Shown here: positions 49,742-53,147 of the stretch, piece by piece | How positions within the stretch are numbered: position 1 is the first letter of the stretch | How the letters are laid out: each line of letters begins with the position of its first letter | NCBI GenBank assembly: GCA_046861395.1 | Contig: JBHHUC010000010.1 | Coordinates: forward strand, 1 to 53,147 | Length of the DNA: 53,147 bases | DNA from: Fidelibacterota bacterium | GTDB taxonomy: Bacteria; Fidelibacterota; Marinisomatia; Marinisomatales; JABMOV01 | Reading direction: 5' to 3' | Position numbers and translations under genes: made by a program | The notes under the pieces: model-generated | The model's database searches: none | The model's input: the letters and a program-made list of their open reading frames with translations, nothing else | What the model was told of the DNA's origin: nothing

Positions 49742-51009
49742 AACCGCTCACCATTCACCCGGGTCAATTTATCACGACCGGCATAGATATCGGTTCTGAC
49801 ATTATTCGCTGTGTCATCGTCCAGCGCTCGGAGTCGAATGACAAACCCACCCTGCTGGGTGTGGGAACGGCTCCTTCCACCGGGATCCGTAAGGGCGGCA
49901 TCATTCACCGGGACCGGGTCGTCTCTGAACTGGAACAAGCCATCACGGATGCGGAAACCATGGCCAACACGAAAATTGAATCGGCTTGGTGTTCCATCAC
50001 CGGAAATCATATTCGCGGGATCAATACCAACGGCGCAACACCGATCAATAAAGCCCCCGGCAGCGGCGTTCCCCAGGAGCAGGAAATCAGGCGCGAGGAT
50101 GTACAAAAAGCCCTGGAAATGACAAAAAATATAACCTTCCCGGCAGATCGGAATATACTCCATGTCCTGCCCCAGGAATTCATAATTGACACCATGACGG
50201 GGATCAAGGATCCGGTGGGGATGACCGGCCGGCGCCTCGAGGCACGGGTTCATCTGGTGACCTCGGCAATTTCGGCCATGACCAACCTGGTCAATTGTGT
50301 GGAAGAATTGGGAATTATTGTTAACGGACTGGTGTTCCAGGGCCTGGCGTCTTCCCTGTCTACACTCGATGCCGATGAAATGGAATTAGGTGTGGCCTGT
50401 GTGGATATCGGAGCTGAAATGACAGAAGTCACCGTTTTTTTGGAAGACGGCGTGCGTCATACCGGCGTCGTATCCATCGGTGCCGAAAGTATTACGAATG
50501 ACATTGCTGTCATGTTGCAAATCCCCAAAAAGGCCGCAGAAGAAGTGAAACGGAAATATGCCTCGGCCAAAGCTGCCATGGCATCGCCGGAACTGGATTT
50601 TGAAATCCCGGATAGTGAGAGTTCGTTGAAACGGGTGGTTTCCGAACATGAATTATCACGCTACGTCGAAGCACGGATGATAGAAATTCTGCAATTGGCT
50701 TCGCGGGAAATCGCCAAAGCAGACATTCATGAAAAACTGACTTACGGTCTGGTTCTGACCGGTGGCGGAGCCCGGTTGAAAAATATTGCCGCCCTGGCTG
50801 AGGAAGTATTGCAGGTTCGTGTCAGGATCGGGACCCCACGGGGATTTGACGGTGCCGTGGATGTTGCATCCGGACCGGGATGGTCCTGCGCCCTCGGTCT
50901 CACGCTCTGGGAACAATTCAATCCCGAATCGGCCATGGTTCAGGATCCCACAATTCATCCGGGACAGATCTTTAAAAAAATTACCAAATGGTTCAAAGAA
51001 TTTTTCTAA
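49738..51009 (+). CDS. ftsA: Cell division protein FtsA
   Basis: GIDIGS, P.GM.G.RLE, VDIGA, IT.DIA and VLTGGGA. Confidence 0.97.
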   Translation: MKPLTIHPGQFITTGIDIGSDIIRCVIVQRSESNDKPTLLGVGTAPSTGIRKGGIIHRDRVVSELEQAITDAETMANTKIESAWCSITGNHIRGINTNGATPINKAPGSGVPQEQEIRREDVQKALEMTKNITFPADRNILHVLPQEFIIDTMTGIKDPVGMTGRRLEARVHLVTSAISAMTNLVNCVEELGIIVNGLVFQGLASSLSTLDADEMELGVACVDIGAEMTEVTVFLEDGVRHTGVVSIGAESITNDIAVMLQIPKKAAEEVKRKYASAKAAMASPELDFEIPDSESSLKRVVSEHELSRYVEARMIEILQLASREIAKADIHEKLTYGLVLTGGGARLKNIAALAEEVLQVRVRIGTPRGFDGAVDVASGPGWSCALGLTLWEQFNPESAMVQDPTIHPGQIFKKITKWFKEFF

Positions 51010-51031
51010 CCAAGGAAATAAGGAGTCTATA

Positions 51032-52222
51032 ATGTTGTTTGAATTCGATAATCTTGCCGAACAAAAAGCAAAAATCAAAGTCGTCGGTATTGGCGGCGGT
51101 GGTGGCAATGCCGTCAATCGCATGATTGAATCCAACATGAAGGGTGTGGATTTCATTGTCATTAACACTGATGCCCAGGACCTGGGCGTCAATGCCGCCC
51201 AGCATAAAATCCAGATCGGAAAAAATTTAACCAAGGGTCTGGGGGCCGGCGCCAAGGCTGACATTGGCCGCGATGCGGTCGAATCAGACCGGGAGGCAAT
51301 TGAAGCCATCCTGGACGGAGCCGACATGATATTCATCACCGCCGGAATGGGTGGCGGTACAGGCACCGGTGCCGCCCCGGTCGTGGCCCAGATCGGTCGT
51401 GAGGCCGGTATTCTTACGGTGGGAATTGTGACCCTGCCCTTCATGTTTGAAGGTCCGAAACGGATGAATCGTGCCCTCCAGGGAATTTCCGAATTACGGA
51501 AAGCCTGCGATACCATGATTACCATTCCTAATCAGAAACTCATGTCCATCGTTGACAAATCAACGACGTTGACCGAAGCCTTTCAATTGGCCGATTCCAT
51601 TCTCCACCAGGCGGCCAAGGGAATTTCGGACCTCATCAATGTAAACGGAATCATCAACCTGGACTTCGCCGACGTGGAAACCATCATGAAGAACATGGGC
51701 GAAGCTATCATGGGCACCGGGATTGCCAGCGGTGAAGAACGGGCCGTTCTGGCCGCGCAACAGGCCATTTCCAGTCCATTGCTGGACAATGCCAGCATCA
51801 ATGGCGCCCAGGGAGTACTGGTTAACATTACCGGTGGACCCGACCTTACACTGCACGAAGTCACCGATGCTACGCAAATTATCTTCGAAGAAGCCGGTAA
51901 TGATGCCAATATCATATTCGGTGCTGTGATTGACGCCAATATGCAGGACGAGATTTCAGTTACGGTCATTGCCACCGGATTCAACCAGAGTGAAAATACC
52001 ATCCTGGAAAAACAGGCCTCACCCAAAGCTGAACCGATGATTGTGACACCGGAAACAAAGATACTTACGGAACAAATCAATATGCCGCTCCATAAGCAGG
52101 TGGCCCCTGAACCCGAGCAACAGGACACTAAAAAAGCACCGTTTGGCAGGCGTTTTTTCTTTGATGACATGGCCGACGGTGACCTGGAAACACCGGCCTT
52201 TATTCGTCGCCAGCACAAATAA
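51032..52222 (+). CDS. ftsZ: Cell division protein FtsZ
   Basis: GGGGGNAVN, GGGTGTG, NLDFAD and C-terminal DLETPAFIRRQ. Start re-called to ATG 51032, behind AAGGAG. Confidence 0.99.
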   Translation: MLFEFDNLAEQKAKIKVVGIGGGGGNAVNRMIESNMKGVDFIVINTDAQDLGVNAAQHKIQIGKNLTKGLGAGAKADIGRDAVESDREAIEAILDGADMIFITAGMGGGTGTGAAPVVAQIGREAGILTVGIVTLPFMFEGPKRMNRALQGISELRKACDTMITIPNQKLMSIVDKSTTLTEAFQLADSILHQAAKGISDLINVNGIINLDFADVETIMKNMGEAIMGTGIASGEERAVLAAQQAISSPLLDNASINGAQGVLVNITGGPDLTLHEVTDATQIIFEEAGNDANIIFGAVIDANMQDEISVTVIATGFNQSENTILEKQASPKAEPMIVTPETKILTEQINMPLHKQVAPEPEQQDTKKAPFGRRFFFDDMADGDLETPAFIRRQHK

Positions 52223-52244
52223 AGACCTTCCTTCGGTTAGAAAA

Positions 52245-52277
52245 TAAAAAAGCCCTCCGTTTCCGGAGGGCTTTTTA
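52245..52277. terminator. Bidirectional intrinsic terminator between ftsZ and rpmB
   Basis: AAAAAAGCCCTCCG-TTTC-CGGAGGGCTTTTT. Confidence 0.92.
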
Positions 52278-52298
52278 CCATATTCATTCGGACCTATA

Positions 52299-52535
52299 TT
52301 ATATTTTTATCCCTTTTTCCCGTAATTCATGAACGACTTTCCGAATTCCTTTTTTATCGATAATCCGGAGCCCGCGCATGGATACGTTCAGGGTGATATA
52401 CCGTTTTTCATCGGGTAACCAAAATCGTTTTTTCTGTAGATTCACATTGAACCGACGACGTGTTTTATTATGTGAATGGCTGACATGATTGCCAAACATG
52501 GGTTTTTTGCCGGTAACGTCACACACTCTGCTCAT
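52299..52535 (-). CDS. rpmB: 50S ribosomal protein L28
   Basis: [34 protein letters not shown], 78 aa. Start re-called to ATG 52535, with a GAGG SD. Confidence 0.98.
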   Translation of the reverse strand: MSRVCDVTGKKPMFGNHVSHSHNKTRRRFNVNLQKKRFWLPDEKRYITLNVSMRGLRIIDKKGIRKVVHELREKGIKI

Positions 52536-52578
52536 GATAGTCCTCAATAATTCTTTTTCGCATCCAGAAAAGCCGATG

Positions 52579-52607
52579 AATTTAAAAGCACGAATTCCCC
52601 TGTCCAA
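52579..52607 (-). promoter_or_regulatory. Putative rpmB promoter
   Basis: Minus strand TTGGAC-N17-TAAATT, ending 43 bp upstream of the ATG. Confidence 0.6.
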
Positions 52608-52690
52608 ATAATTGTTCTGTTATCTCAGGCCATCGCATCAGGACAGAATAGACCCAATGTTTTACAAGTGAAGAACCCGGGAAGCACTCA

Positions 52691-52801
52691 TCAGGCAGAG
52701 GGGCAATCAGTCTGAAACCAGAGCTCTCCTGGGAATATGTCATCACTTAAACAAATAGACGACACCATTATTAATGAAATAGAAAATCGAATAACATTCA
52801 T
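52691..52801 (-). pseudogene. 36-codon ORF, probable truncated remnant of a secreted protein
   Basis: MNVIRFSISLIMVSSICLSDDIFPGELWFQTDCPSA*: signal-peptide-like N-terminus and AGGGA SD-like sequence upstream; below the ORF-track cut-off. Confidence 0.3.
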
Positions 52802-52853
52802 GATTAAATCCCTATTTTGGATACATAATCTTATTTACTTTTCCCATCGGTTA

Positions 52854-52888
52854 GTAGATACCCACGGGCATAGCTCGTGGAACTCTAC
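52854..52888. repeat. REP-like / IS200-IS605-end-like palindrome
   Basis: GTAGA-TAC-CCACGGGC-ATA-GCTCGTGG-AAC-TCTAC: GC-rich hairpin with one G-T pair, starting with GTAG on both strands. Confidence 0.55.
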
Positions 52889-52916
52889 CCGTTAGGCTTA
52901 TTAGAAATGCGATTGC

Positions 52917-53016
52917 GTCTAACGGATTCGTATAACCTGCAACAAACGTTTGCAAAAATTGTAAAATTTAAAGAAAGCCGTCAGCGTTTTTGGTCAGGTC
53001 GATTGCTTTGTTAAAT
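52917..53016 (-). mobile_element. Integron attC recombination site (100 bp)
   Basis: Minus strand: R'' ATTTAAC - AAAGC - L'' AATCGACC - TGAC ... GCA - L' GGTTATA - CGAATCC - R' GTTAGAC. It fits RYYYAAC/GTTRRRY, has the extra C in L'' and the extra A in TGAC/GCA at the positions of the extrahelical bases, and starts 6 bp after a stop codon. Confidence 0.8.
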
Positions 53017-53022
53017 GCCACC

Positions 53023-53147
53023 CTACACACTCCAAACATTCGCCAAACTCTCCGCCTGTTCCAGTACAAGATCAATCGCTTCCTGCTGTTTATCGGGCGG
53101 ATATTTGTATTTTCGCAATAATCTGCGCACTAAATTTCTAAGTTTGG
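53023..53147 (-). CDS. hsdR: C-terminus of type I restriction endonuclease subunit R (DUF3387-type tail); 5' part is outside the window
   Basis: Not in the ORF track. Reads [40 protein letters not shown], matching the HsdR C-terminal motif LR..V...L.KY.YPPD....A...VL.QAE. Confidence 0.85.
   Translation of the reverse strand, partial: KLRNLVRRLLRKYKYPPDKQQEAIDLVLEQAESLANVWSV

Noticed and set aside
50656..52218. Long antisense ORFs (289 aa and 211 aa) opposite ftsA/ftsZ
   Set aside because: Shadow frames of highly conserved genes with biased codon use; no recognisable motifs.
40018..52607. Apparent long gene overlaps from ORF-track starts (murE 40018, murF 41417, murG 46252, ftsZ 50786, rpmB 52607)
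   Set aside because: Caused by choosing the most upstream alternative start; downstream ATGs give normal short overlaps and family-typical N-termini.

Overview
Mostly core chromosome of a diderm bacterium, probably from the FCB superphylum. A Marinimicrobia/Marinisomatota- or Ignavibacteria-like lineage is inferred from porX-tsaE synteny, GldAFG, a PASTA-bearing FtsI and the murC-ftsQ junction; this is not proven. Bases 1-29.2 kb are one minus-strand gene run. In transcription order it holds a ROK kinase, an amidinotransferase, TetR-TolC-MFP-RND efflux, a PorX-like REC-PglZ regulator, tsaE-tsaB-rimI-accD-surE-guaA-glmS, an LpoA-like protein, pgeF, uppP, putP, holA, an ECF sigma/anti-sigma pair, a GAF-GGDEF cyclase, TPR and LolB-like lipoproteins and two glycosyltransferases. 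Next come a GldA/F/G-DUF4340 ABC operon (+), two rhodaneses and kdsD (-), a RodZ-like gene and the dcw cluster mraZ to ftsZ without murB/ddl (+), and rpmB (-). The last ~550 bp, which the ORF track leaves empty, are the most unusual part. They hold the 3' end of a type I restriction subunit gene (hsdR) followed 6 bp later by a canonical-looking integron attC site, then a vestigial empty cassette, a REP/IS200-like hairpin and a truncated secreted-protein ORF. This looks like the end of an integron cassette array carrying a type I R-M gene. No rRNA, tRNA or CRISPR array was seen.
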